64,000 bases of DNA from Bacteroidales bacterium (GTDB taxonomy: Bacteria; Bacteroidota; Bacteroidia; Bacteroidales; VadinHA17), in contig DATKZO010000013.1 in the NCBI GenBank assembly GCA_035527935.1, forward strand, positions 6,705 through 70,704, written 5' to 3'. Shown here in pieces: positions 46,645 through 57,300 of the stretch. Numbering within the stretch: position 1 is the stretch's first letter; every line of letters begins with the position of its first letter. A program made the translations under genes and the position numbers. A model generated the notes under the pieces. That model was not told the DNA's origin. It did no database searches and saw only the letters and a list, made by a program, of their open reading frames with translations.

Positions 46645-49074
46645 CTATTTCAAATTTTTCTTCACATCAGGATCCACAGACCTGATATGAAGATCCCTCT
46701 GAGGGAAAGGAATTTCAATGCCAGCATCCTTAAGAGCGCGGTTTATCGCCACATTCATCTTACTTTGCAGTTGAAATCTGTTATCAGCCTTGTGGATCCA
46801 GAACAGCAGCCTGAAATCAAGGGAACTTTCGCCAAATCCTGAAAAGAGGACCAGAGGTGCAGGTTCAAGGAGTACTTCATCACTTGAGTGAACAACCTCA
46901 TTCAGGAGCTTCAATACCTTTTCCGGGTCAGTGCCATATTTTACCCCGACCGTTACCTCAATCCTCCTGTTTCTGTCGGTGAGTGTCCAGTTTATCAGTT
47001 CATTGGAGATCAGGTTTCCATTAGGAACAATCACCTCTGCCCCATCGAACGTGAAAATGGTGCTTGCCCTTATTCCTATCTCTTTTACAGTACCCCATAG
47101 TTCGCCTACTTCAATAATATCTCCCTCCTGAATAGGCCGCTCAAAGGCAAGTATGATACCAGAGATCAGGTTATTGAATATATTCTGGAGCCCAAAACCA
47201 ATACCGACACCCAGGGCACCAAGAAGTATTGCCAGCTTATCCATCTCAACCCCGGCCGCCGCAATTGCAAATAAAAACCCGACAGTGATAACCAGTATTC
47301 TTAAAACAAGAGAAAGAGCTCCAGGAACACCTCTTTTCATTTTCACCCTTGGTGCTAGCTCTCCTTCAATTATTATCCTTATCAGGCGTGAGAGAACTAT
47401 TGTGATCCAGATTACCAGAATGAAGACCAGTATGTTTACCAGTGAGAGCTCAACCTTCCCGACAGCTATCTGGTAACCAAGAACATTCTTTACCGCAGTA
47501 TAGATCTCATCCCATATTGTAAAAAACCTTAATGTAAATATAAACCACAGGGTCCATGTAAAAAAAGTAATTATTCCGGATCCTTTTTTGTATATATCGT
47601 CGTGATAATGAGCAACCATATTTAGTTTCTGCATGTTCTTGCTATACAAAAGAGTAAAGAAGATGCTGTTCGTTGTAAGCCCTACCGCGTAGAAAATAAG
47701 TATCAGTGCTGCACTTTTAACCGTAGCGTAGGTAATAAATTCAGAGAGCATTACACCTCCAACTATGGCAGAGATCAGCGCGATACTTAAAAGGGATATG
47801 CAAATAAGGGCGAGGAAGTACAATCTTTTCCCAAGTTTTTTATTAATCGCATAATCCCTGAATGTCCGTCGCCTGACAATAATGATAATGGATACCAGGC
47901 TGAACAGGATTATCGCGAGTAGAAAAAGACGGCTAAATACATTTTCTCCATATCCCAGGCTATGTAGTTGTACCATTATTGATGCAACGGCAGGAATAAC
48001 TATATACCTGCGTGTATTTTGAGGTAATATTTCATAAAGTATGACTACAACGGGAATCAAAATCAGGAACATATTGATCAGGCCAATTGAATCTGGTATC
48101 GTATCATAAATGAGATATGTCAGAAGGAATGTTACAAGGAGAGCTGATGGAACAGGGTGCAGAACTATTGAGCGCACAGTTGTTATTTCCCTGAAGTCCT
48201 TCTCCGGAAGTCTTGAACGCAGATCCCTGAAGAGCATTGAAACCAGAACAAGAATTAAAAGGAAGAGAAGGAGATGCAGTAATAGTCTGAAGTTGTAGTT
48301 GGATATAAAATCCTTCATTCCAAAAATTGTATCATCAATAAGGGAACGCTCACTGGTAAATATTGATCTATCATCCCTTCTGAAGTCCACCTTCCAAATG
48401 GCCGGCTGATTGATCTTAATGAACTGTTTTGAAGATAATGCTCTTGCATCGGTAAGTTTCTGGAGGACTTCATTACAAAATATCAGCGCGTCAGATATTA
48501 CTACAAGTTTCTCCTGAAGAAATTCATTATCACTCTGGATATCATTGCTCAGCTTTTCAATGGCATCAATGTTCCCGCTAACCTGGTTGATCAATAATTC
48601 GGGTGCTTCTGAATCCCGGGCTGACAGGAGAGTATTTCTCCACAGTAGCAAAGTACTATTCAGGATGCCTCTTTCATTTTCGAGTCGCTGCACCCTCAGC
48701 GTAATCGACGATTGTTCATTCAGCAGTCTTGAGTTTAAGATAGACCAGTCATTGCTCATGTTTGTCAGGCTCCTGAGATTAAGCATCTCTATATTTTGAA
48801 TACGCGGATCTTCCCGGAGGAGACTTAACCTGAACCTCAGAGTATCAACTGTGCTTTTTAGAGAGGCTTTAAGATCCTCAGGAAGCAGGATAGATTGTTT
48901 ACCAAGGATCATACTATTGACCTGGGTGATCTCCCTGGTTATTTCAGGAAGTGGGATCACCCGTTTGCTCAGAAGACTATCCTGATCCTCTGTTTGCTGT
49001 CCAATTAGTGGAGCAGATATAATGGTCGTTACAAGAAGAAAAACGAATATTACAGAAATCTTAGCAGGTCTCAT
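46645..49074 (-). CDS. Large MscS/MscK-family mechanosensitive channel
   Basis: The 809-aa protein has a signal peptide, a coiled-coil periplasmic region and multiple transmembrane segments. The MscS core reads 'ERPIQEGDIIEVGELWGTVKEIGIRAST'. Confidence 0.85.
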   Translation of the reverse strand: MRPAKISVIFVFLLVTTIISAPLIGQQTEDQDSLLSKRVIPLPEITREITQVNSMILGKQSILLPEDLKASLKSTVDTLRFRLSLLREDPRIQNIEMLNLRSLTNMSNDWSILNSRLLNEQSSITLRVQRLENERGILNSTLLLWRNTLLSARDSEAPELLINQVSGNIDAIEKLSNDIQSDNEFLQEKLVVISDALIFCNEVLQKLTDARALSSKQFIKINQPAIWKVDFRRDDRSIFTSERSLIDDTIFGMKDFISNYNFRLLLHLLLFLLILVLVSMLFRDLRSRLPEKDFREITTVRSIVLHPVPSALLVTFLLTYLIYDTIPDSIGLINMFLILIPVVVILYEILPQNTRRYIVIPAVASIMVQLHSLGYGENVFSRLFLLAIILFSLVSIIIIVRRRTFRDYAINKKLGKRLYFLALICISLLSIALISAIVGGVMLSEFITYATVKSAALILIFYAVGLTTNSIFFTLLYSKNMQKLNMVAHYHDDIYKKGSGIITFFTWTLWFIFTLRFFTIWDEIYTAVKNVLGYQIAVGKVELSLVNILVFILVIWITIVLSRLIRIIIEGELAPRVKMKRGVPGALSLVLRILVITVGFLFAIAAAGVEMDKLAILLGALGVGIGFGLQNIFNNLISGIILAFERPIQEGDIIEVGELWGTVKEIGIRASTIFTFDGAEVIVPNGNLISNELINWTLTDRNRRIEVTVGVKYGTDPEKVLKLLNEVVHSSDEVLLEPAPLVLFSGFGESSLDFRLLFWIHKADNRFQLQSKMNVAINRALKDAGIEIPFPQRDLHIRSVDPDVKKNLK

Positions 49075-49228
49075 TTCATCAAGGGATTAAATTATTATTG
49101 TCTGATCCATATATTCCTGTAGTTCACCGGATTGCCGTGGTCCTGAAGCTTAAGAAGCAGATCTCTTTCCCTGCTCCGTCCAGTTTCAATATTTTAACAT
49201 TTTTTAGTTAGTAATTCAGCATCTAAGA

Positions 49229-49256
49229 TAAAAAAAATGAGGTTATCAGACCTCAT
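49229..49256 (-). terminator. Rho-independent terminator of the MATE gene
   Basis: On the minus strand the hairpin is atgaggt-ctgata-acctcat followed by T8. The TGA stop sits in the loop. Confidence 0.6.
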
Positions 49257-50676
49257 TCAATTTCCATTTGCCTCGCCTGAATATCATCCATGCAATGATT
49301 GTCATTATTGTTTCCGCTATTACAATAGCGATAAATACACCCTTTTCGTTCATCCCTGACTTGATTGCAAGGAAATATGCAAGCGGTATTTCAATCAACC
49401 AGAAAGCCACCAGGTTTATCTTGGCGGGGGTAACAGTGTCCCCTGACCCGTTAAATGAATTTACCAGTACCATTCCAAGCCCATAGGCGATAAATCCGGC
49501 GCTTATTATCTTCAGTCCAAGTATCCCGGACTCCATAACTTGTGGGTCATCAATAAAGAAGCTGATAAACCTGCCAGGGTAGATTATCAATATTGCACCA
49601 ATGATCCCAAGCAGTATCATATTTACCCAACCGGTAACCCAGACCGCCCTCTCTGCTCTTTCGGGTTTTTTTGCCCCGAGGTTTTGTCCTACCAGTGTTG
49701 CTGCAGCATTACTTACCCCCCAGGAAGGAAGGAGGGCAAAAAGTACTATCCTGATTGCAATGGTGTAGCCAGCAAGTGCTTCACTTCCAAAAACGGAGAT
49801 GATCCTTACAAGAGCTACCCAACTTGACGTAGCTATGAGATTCTGTCCTATCCCACCCAGTGAGATCTTTAATATTTTACCGATTAACCGGAAATTTACA
49901 CCTATATGCAGTGCAAGTATTCTAACACGTTTGTTTCCTCTGAACAGAAGGTAAAACTGGTAGATAACCGCTACACCTCGTCCGGTTGTAGTAGCCACAG
50001 CAGCTCCGGCAATACCCAGCTCAGGGAATGGTCCCCATCCAAAAATAAGACATGGATCAAGTATGATATTAATTATATTCCCGATCCAGAGTACCCGCAT
50101 AGATATTGCTGCATCGCCTGAGCTTCTGAACACGGCATTGATAATGAAGAGAAGCATTATGACCACATTTCCTCCCAGCATTATTTTAGTGTATCCTGAT
50201 AGTTCCCTTATAATTAAATCGTTGGCTCCCATTAGTCTTAGAAGATCTGACGCAAAAATGAAGCCCGGGATAGCTATTAACAATGAAGCAAACAGACCTG
50301 TTATTATTGATTGAAATGCGGTACGTCCAGCCTCCCCCGGATCCTTCTCCCCTATTCTGCGTGACACAATTGAGGTAGTTGCCATGCTTAATCCTATTGC
50401 AATGGCATAAACTATTGTTATGAGCGATTCTGTTATTCCAACTGTTGCAACAGAGTCAGGGCCTAACTTCGAAACAAAGTAAATATCGACTACCGCAAAT
50501 ATCGATTCCATTATCATCTCCAGCACCATAGGGATGGATAAAAGGAATATAGCCCTGCTTAGTTTCCCTTCAGTGAAATCTTGTTCAGTACCTGAAATAG
50601 CCTCAAAAAGATCTTTATATATCTTCTTAACGTTGTTTTTGTTAAAACTTCTTGTCAAATTTCTTCGGTATATCAT
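49246..50676 (-). CDS. MATE-family efflux transporter
   Basis: The 476-aa protein has ~12 transmembrane segments. The N-terminal region 'GKLSRAIFLLSIPMVLEMIMESIFAVVDIYFVSKLG' is typical of the family. Confidence 0.9.
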   Translation of the reverse strand: MIYRRNLTRSFNKNNVKKIYKDLFEAISGTEQDFTEGKLSRAIFLLSIPMVLEMIMESIFAVVDIYFVSKLGPDSVATVGITESLITIVYAIAIGLSMATTSIVSRRIGEKDPGEAGRTAFQSIITGLFASLLIAIPGFIFASDLLRLMGANDLIIRELSGYTKIMLGGNVVIMLLFIINAVFRSSGDAAISMRVLWIGNIINIILDPCLIFGWGPFPELGIAGAAVATTTGRGVAVIYQFYLLFRGNKRVRILALHIGVNFRLIGKILKISLGGIGQNLIATSSWVALVRIISVFGSEALAGYTIAIRIVLFALLPSWGVSNAAATLVGQNLGAKKPERAERAVWVTGWVNMILLGIIGAILIIYPGRFISFFIDDPQVMESGILGLKIISAGFIAYGLGMVLVNSFNGSGDTVTPAKINLVAFWLIEIPLAYFLAIKSGMNEKGVFIAIVIAETIMTIIAWMIFRRGKWKLNEV

Positions 50677-50980
50677 TATTAAGTCTTTAAACGCTTGTGT
50701 TTCATTATTGTTAATTCTTCTCTCTCTTTTTCTTTTGTTCCATTGGTAACAGTTACATTAATTGAATAAAATGGTATTACAAAGGTTGTCATGGCTTGGT
50801 CCTCCCCGGTTAATTTAAATATGAATATGATTGATCAGATAGAAGGAGCCCGCACAGCTGACTAGCGTACAGCCGGAAAAGCGAATGTTATGAAATTCAT
50901 TGCCTTCATCGGGTTTTCTATTTAAGGTCTTCAAAAATAGAAAAAATTTGTAAGATAAATCTTCAAAAAATGAATTTAAT

Positions 50981-51125
50981 CCTCCTTCGCGTTCCGCTAC
51001 GGCGGACGAGAAGTTATGGTTTAATTGGCTACGCCGAGCTCCGCACCAGTCGGCGGGTCGGTTCCCCGGAGCTTGCCCCGGGAAAAAGGGTCCAGGGCTT
51101 GCCCTGGGGTTTAATACCATTTATT
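50981..51125 (-). repeat. GC-rich hairpin cluster, possibly a third and more diverged member of the GCAAGC-hairpin repeat family
   Basis: The reverse complement contains ccaggg-caag-ccctgg and cccgg-ggcaagct-ccggg. It then reads ggggaaccga...gagctcggcgtagcc, which resembles ggggaaccga / agctcggcg / tagcc in copies 1 and 2. Confidence 0.45.
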
Positions 51126-51248
51126 ATGTTGATTACCCTAAGGTGACTGAAGAGGTCACCGGGAAGGATTATTGCGATATTATAAATGACTGGTTTATTA
51201 TTGTTTAAGGTGAGAATGTACAAATTTTCGAAGAAGGGCTTCAGTAAG

Positions 51249-51761
51249 TTACAGGATGAATAAAAATGCTCCCCCTATCATAAACCCTATCGAGCCCAGT
51301 ACAATCATAAAAATCAGACCGAAACCAAAATCATTCTGCTTCAGGATTTTAAGCTGGGAAATATCCGACAATGCAAGTCTGATACTGTCAGTGTCCTGAC
51401 ATATATAATTGGTTCTGCTAAGGTTCAGGATCTTGTATCTATGTCCTTCTGAGATCACATATTCAGGAAGGCCGGATTTGGCTTTAACTAAAGAATCAAC
51501 CTGCTTATAGCCCAGAATTCTTTCGGGTGGACCCGTTACAGTTCTGTTGATTATCCAGGCGGGTGAATTTTTGTTGAAATAATATACTTCTCCAGTCTTT
51601 GTGACAGCCATTAGTACCTCCACATCTCCCCTTTCTGAAAATCTTGAAAGATCGCTGTCACCTTTTAATGCGTGGCTTGTATAACAGGATGATAAAAAAA
51701 GAAGTAAAAAGTTCAGAAAATATACAATACAATGCTTTCTTGCATTTATCGGAATGATCAT
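51249..51761 (-). CDS. Hypothetical lipoprotein with a C-terminal transmembrane helix
   Basis: The lipobox is 'FLSSCY'. The C-terminal hydrophobic tail is 'FGLIFMIVLGSIGFMIGGAFLFIL'. Confidence 0.5.
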   Translation of the reverse strand: MIIPINARKHCIVYFLNFLLLFLSSCYTSHALKGDSDLSRFSERGDVEVLMAVTKTGEVYYFNKNSPAWIINRTVTGPPERILGYKQVDSLVKAKSGLPEYVISEGHRYKILNLSRTNYICQDTDSIRLALSDISQLKILKQNDFGFGLIFMIVLGSIGFMIGGAFLFIL

Positions 51762-51821
51762 GTCAAATGATTTTATTGATTAAATTTACAGTATCCTATC
51801 TGTCGTCCAAAATATACGAAA

Positions 51822-52208
51822 ATGAAATATTACTACGAAAAGTCCCTTCACGGAGAATTCGGGTTTGCTGTTGACAAAGTAAAGGAATCTTTGGCAAACG
51901 AAGGATTTGGAGTACTTACGGAAATTGATGTTCGCAAGACCTTTAAGAACAAGCTTGATGTTGACTTCAGGAATTATGTAATTCTCGGAGCATGTAATCC
52001 CCTTAATGCCTACAAAGCGTTGACTGCTGAAGATAAAATAGGGATTTTATTACCATGCAATGTGGTGGTACAGGAAATTAAAGATCGAGTTATTGAAGTT
52101 GCAGCTGTAGATCCTGCAGTAGTGATGAAGGTAGTCGGGAATGCTGAACTTGAGTCTGTTGCAGGTGAAGTACGAGAAAAACTGATCAGGGTTATTGACT
52201 CACTTTAG
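51822..52208 (+). CDS. DUF302 domain protein
   Basis: The protein is 128 aa. 'EGFGVLTEIDVRKTFKNKLDVDFRNYVILGACNP' is typical of DUF302. Confidence 0.75.
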   Translation: MKYYYEKSLHGEFGFAVDKVKESLANEGFGVLTEIDVRKTFKNKLDVDFRNYVILGACNPLNAYKALTAEDKIGILLPCNVVVQEIKDRVIEVAAVDPAVVMKVVGNAELESVAGEVREKLIRVIDSL

Positions 52209-53256
52209 GTTTTTTCAAAGAGTTTTCTATCATCTCCAGATCGGTTGAAGAGATTATCCCGATAGCTCTTTCTATCAGTTCGCCTGTTGCATCAAGGTGT
52301 GTAACAAGCCTTACTGAATCATTAGTCACAGGCAAGCAGAGCAATCCTTTTTGTTTCAGAAAACCAGCGACAGCTGCTGAATTTATTTTTTCAGAAACAG
52401 TAGCAGCAATAATATTGGTGTCAACCGGCTTTATTGAGATCACCCAGTCGGTTTTCTTCATTGCTTCCGCCACCCTGGAAGCATTATAATGGTCCTCTTC
52501 CAATCTTTCGATATTGTTTTCAAGAGCCCATATTCCGGCTGCAGCAAGATAACCGGCCTGCCGCATGGTACCGCCCAGCACTTTACGGATTCTCTTACCA
52601 GTTTTAATATTATCTGACGAACCCATGAGCATAGTACCGACGGGGGCACCAAGCCCTTTTGAGAGGCACACCGAAATTGTATCGAACAACCCACCCAGAA
52701 TGGCAGGGTTCACTTTAGTCCTGGCAAGCGCATTGAAAATTCTCGCACCGTCGAGGTGGAAGGCAAGGCCATTGCTGCGACAAACTTTGGAAATCCCAAC
52801 TACTTCCTCGTGGTTCCACACCCTGCCCCCACCCCTGTTTACAGTGTTCTCTATTGTCACACAACTGGTTCGGGGCTTATGGGGATCATCGGGTTGTATT
52901 GAATTTAGCACATCCTCTGCAGTAAATAATCCGTCCGGGGAATCTATAAGAGTAACAGAAGCGCCTGAATTGAAGGCGATTCCTCCCCCTTCGTACTGAT
53001 AGATATGAGCCAGTTTGCTGCAGATGACATCATCTCCCGGACTGGTATGCAGTTTTATAGCTATCTGGTTACTCATGGTGCCCGAGGGACAAAAAAGTGC
53101 AGCTTCAGCACTAAAGAGCTCAGCAATGCGTGCTTCAAGTTCGTTTACTGACGGATCCTCATCCATCACCATATCACCAACTTTTGCATTCATCATAAAA
53201 TCGAGCATCCCCGCTGATGGTCTGGTAACTGTATCGCTCCTCAGGTCTATAGTCAT
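52192..53256 (-). CDS. Low-specificity L-threonine aldolase (PLP)
   Basis: 'IDLRSDTVTRPS' is the N-terminal signature. 'VSICLSKGLGAPVG' contains the PLP lysine. Confidence 0.85.
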   Translation of the reverse strand: MTIDLRSDTVTRPSAGMLDFMMNAKVGDMVMDEDPSVNELEARIAELFSAEAALFCPSGTMSNQIAIKLHTSPGDDVICSKLAHIYQYEGGGIAFNSGASVTLIDSPDGLFTAEDVLNSIQPDDPHKPRTSCVTIENTVNRGGGRVWNHEEVVGISKVCRSNGLAFHLDGARIFNALARTKVNPAILGGLFDTISVCLSKGLGAPVGTMLMGSSDNIKTGKRIRKVLGGTMRQAGYLAAAGIWALENNIERLEEDHYNASRVAEAMKKTDWVISIKPVDTNIIAATVSEKINSAAVAGFLKQKGLLCLPVTNDSVRLVTHLDATGELIERAIGIISSTDLEMIENSLKKPKVSQ

Positions 53257-53312
53257 AATAATACTTATTGAATCAATTTAATAATGATGCTGTGTATTGG
53301 AATGAATTCCGG

Positions 53313-54053
53313 CTAATCAATTTTATCTACTACGAATAGGTATGATTCGAAAATATTAACATCTTTCCATATAGCTGATGCCAAAATCTTGCAAACAGAG
53401 GTCGTTCCTTCATTGTTAATAAGCCTGATCTCAAAATGTACTTTCTCTTCTTCTTTTCTAAGAAGACGATCAAGATGCTTTCTTTCTATAAAGTAATCAT
53501 CAGGGTGGCAAAGCTGGAAAAAATTCTCTTTCGATATGTCCTTTTCAGCCATACCAATTATTATTGTAAATTCACGGTTAAGTGAAATGATATTACCATG
53601 CGTATCGGTCTGGATAATACCCATCGGCAGGTTTTCAATAATAGCTCTCAACCCGAGAAGGTTCTGATGGATTGCATTATCAGAGACTGACCTTCTTAAC
53701 ATTTGTTCTATTCTGTGGGTGAACTCAACAGGTGTAAAAGGAAATATCATAAAATCAAATTGCCTGCTGAGTACCTGTTTAAGCAGTCCCTTGCTGTCGT
53801 CAGCTATCACCAGGACAGGGGTTCGAAAGTTAGGTGACTCTGACAGAACTTCAATTACTCTCTCATCTATCTCACCCTCAGAGACGCCTGAAAATACAAT
53901 GGCATCATATTTCAAGGCAATACAACTATCCGAAAATGATTTAAGGTCCTGTGCAAAAGAATACTTAATATCAAATTTATCAAGATAGCTTCCCAGGTGT
54001 TTAAGGTCAATTTGATTTTCAAATATTAGTATTGATTTTGATGAAAATATCAT
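53313..54053 (-). CDS. Receiver-like domain fused to a PAS domain, with no output domain
   Basis: The N-terminal ~120 aa has receiver topology ('ILIFENQ', 'YDAIVFSG', 'PVLVIADD'). The C-terminal part has 'PMGIIQTDTHGNIISLNREF', which fits a PAS domain. Confidence 0.6.
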   Translation of the reverse strand: MIFSSKSILIFENQIDLKHLGSYLDKFDIKYSFAQDLKSFSDSCIALKYDAIVFSGVSEGEIDERVIEVLSESPNFRTPVLVIADDSKGLLKQVLSRQFDFMIFPFTPVEFTHRIEQMLRRSVSDNAIHQNLLGLRAIIENLPMGIIQTDTHGNIISLNREFTIIIGMAEKDISKENFFQLCHPDDYFIERKHLDRLLRKEEEKVHFEIRLINNEGTTSVCKILASAIWKDVNIFESYLFVVDKID

Positions 54054-54332
54054 TTATGGTTCAAATCCAATTATTTTAATGCCCTAAATTACTAAAATAT
54101 TGTTGTTACAAAATTGCTACATAAATAAATGTTAATAAATTAACATATATTCTATTGGCAGATGTACAGGGTTATAGAATAAATAACTTATCAGCCGTGC
54201 AACAAAAAGCATTATATTTTTGTCAAAGTAATATGTCATTTAGTAATCAAAAGTAAGAAGTTCACGTAAAAAAATTGCTTTGATGCTTGCTTTGAACTAT
54301 TTTAGAAAATCAAAATTATAACTTCTAATTCT

Positions 54333-57300
54333 ATGAAAAAGGTTTACACACTTTTACTGTTTGTCCTGGTATCACTTTTTATGATCAAAGGTACTGCATA
54401 TACACAGGTACCTGATGGATTTAATTACCAGGGTGTTGCACGTGATAACTCAGGGAATCCTATCATAAACTCCTCCCTTACTGTAAGGGTGGCAGTTATT
54501 TCTCAAATCACTCCGGAGGTAGTGGAATGGGAAGAGGAACATAGCGTGACAACAAACTCTTATGGTCTGTTCACACTTATGATTGGGGATCCGGACGCAA
54601 CTGGTATTGGTGGATCTGCCAATTCAATAGGAGACATTGACTGGGCTGGAAAAACCCTCTATATCAGAACTAGTGTCAGGTACAACAGTACATGGTACGA
54701 TATGGATGCGGCAAGGATTCTGGCTGTACCGTATGCTCTTTTGGCTAAAGATGTTCAATCCAGGACACTGGAGGTAAATGCCGATACAGTATTCAGGGTT
54801 GAGGGCAGCCTTGCACTTGGAACCGACTCTCCACAGGGAGCCAAACTTGCCGTTGTCAGTACCAATGATGCTTCGGAAGATGCCCTGTTTGAGGTGAGGC
54901 GACAGGATGGTCAGCCGGTATTTTCCGTATATAACACCGGTGTGAAGGTATTTGTCGACGATATTGGCACCAAGGGGCCAAAAGGAGGTTTTGCCATTGG
55001 TGGTTTTGATGCAGCTAAAGGATCTCAGGATTACCTGATAATATCTCCTGATAGTATAAGAATGTTTATTAAGAACACTTCTGCAGTTCCGGGTAAGGGT
55101 GCAGGAAGTAAAGGAGGTTTTGCCATTGGTGGTTTTGACGATTCAAAAGCCGGGTTGACAGATCTCTACTTCAATGTTTCAGGCAAGGATGCCATGGATG
55201 TTTACGAAAACACTTCGCAAGTGCTGTGGTACCCAAGGAAAGAGGCTTTTCTGTCTGGGAATATAAGGATCGGCTCTCCTGACTCTGTTGGGACCAACTC
55301 CACCGCAATGGGATTTAAGCCGGTCGCCATGGGAAACTACTCTCAGGCTTTCGGTTATAAGACACTCGCACTTGCTGACAATTCAACTGCAATTGGTAAC
55401 AGGGCCCAGGCCAGCGGAATTGATTCCTATGCTTTTGGTTCGGGAGCGATTGCAAGCGGTCAGAAATCATTTGCATTCGGTTCAATCGGGATTGACGAGG
55501 CAGGAAATCCCCTGGGCATATCAACCCTGGCATCCGGCGACTACTCTATAGCATTGGGCATGGGGGCGCAGGCAACAACAATAGGAGCCATGGCTCTGGG
55601 AGTCAACTCACTTGCATCCGGTTATGCTTCTTCTGCCATGGGCTTTTACAGTCAGGCTACTAAAAAATATTCAGTTGCAATAGGATACTATGCAATGGCA
55701 CAGGGTGATTATGCAAATGCTTTTGGCCGTAGTGCCCAGGCAAATGGAGTTAGTTCAACAGCCGTAGGTTATGCAACCCTCGCCTCAGGAAGTGCTGCTG
55801 CTTCATTTGGACGCAGCGCTGTTGCCGGCGGTACTGCCTCATTAAGCCTTGGATACTCCAGCGATGCCCTGAACACATATTCAGTTGCAATAGGATTTGA
55901 TGCACAGTCGTCGGGAGAGTATTCCTCATCCATGGGATACATGGCAAATGCCTCGGGTAACTACTCAACCGCAATAGGTCATACTGCAATCGCCAATAAA
56001 GAGAATTCCTACTCGATTGGCAAGAATGCTCAGTCAACAGGAATAAATGCCTTTGCTCTGGGCATTGACGCCGTTGCTTCGGGAGGTACATCACTGAGCA
56101 TGGGTTATTCGAGCAGTGCAGGTGGCAGTTACTCACTGGCCATAGGAAACAGTAACAACTCATCATCAACCAACTCAATTTCTCTGGGAAATTCAAATAC
56201 ATCAAGCAACACCAATTCGATTGCAATAGGAAATAATAATACGGCCTCAGGTGTTTACTCTACTGCTTTGGGATATGCATCCAGTGCCAGCGGATACAGG
56301 AGTGTAGCCATCGGTTCAAATTATTATAAAAGCAGCCTTATTATCATTATCCCGACATTACCGACATTACCGACATTACCGTTAATACCGATTTTACCAA
56401 AAGGAGACACCGAGCTTCCTGCTGATGGCAAGGGATGGATAATCCTGCCTCCCTCTATTAACAGGGATAACCAGGCAATCGGAGATTATTCCATTGCAGT
56501 TGGTGCCGGCAACTATTCTACTAATGGTGGTATGGCTTTCGGAGTTTACAACAATGCTGAAGATGTGTATGCAACAGCCATAGGATTTGGGAACCATGCA
56601 CTGGGCAAGTATTCACTTGCTGCCGGATTTGCAAACCAGACCAATGGAATGTACTCAGTGGCCTTTGGCACCTACACAACAGCTGAGGCTATGAACTCAT
56701 TTGTAATCGGGAAATACAATTATACTTCTTCAGCCTATGATCCTGATGACTGGGTGGAAACCAACCCTCTTTTCGTAATTGGCAACGGTACTTCGTCATC
56801 AAGCCCAAATGATGCCATGATAGTATATAAGAACGGATACACATACCATGAAGCCAGAGATGCATATGCCGGGATTTACGCCTACAATTATATATCAGGC
56901 AGAACTTCTTCATCATATGGAATTAAGTCATATGCTTACGGTACAACAGCTGCCTATGTATACAGTGGTCATTTCACAGGAGGAAATTCAGTAAACCCAG
57001 TATATTATATGGGATTATGGGCTGACAAAAGATCGGGTGCCTTGACAGATGTTGCTGAATATATATATGATACAAATGGTAACACAGAAGCCGGGGATGT
57101 CATTGTTGCCGACCCGAATTTAAAGGAAAGTGTTATCCTGTCAGGTAAGCCCTACCAGGAGTCTGTTCTCGGAGTTGTGTCAACTGACCCTCATCTTACA
57201 ATGGGAATGGATCTTGTAACAGATGAGGAAACCGGAGATGCCCTGCCGGGTGTAAAAGCTACAAAACTGGCCCTTACAGGCCGTGTACCGGTTAAAGTGA

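Noticed and set aside
50815-51120. 101-aa ORF on the minus strand
   Set aside because: Its N-terminal half is the translation of the GC-rich hairpin cluster (Pro/Gly/Ala/Arg-rich). There is no supporting motif or promoter box.
55750-56226. 158-aa minus-strand ORF inside the repeat-protein gene, plus 57191-57637 (148 aa)
   Set aside because: Both lie antisense to a long ORF with clear periodic protein repeats. The Cys/Leu-rich low-complexity translation gives no independent support.
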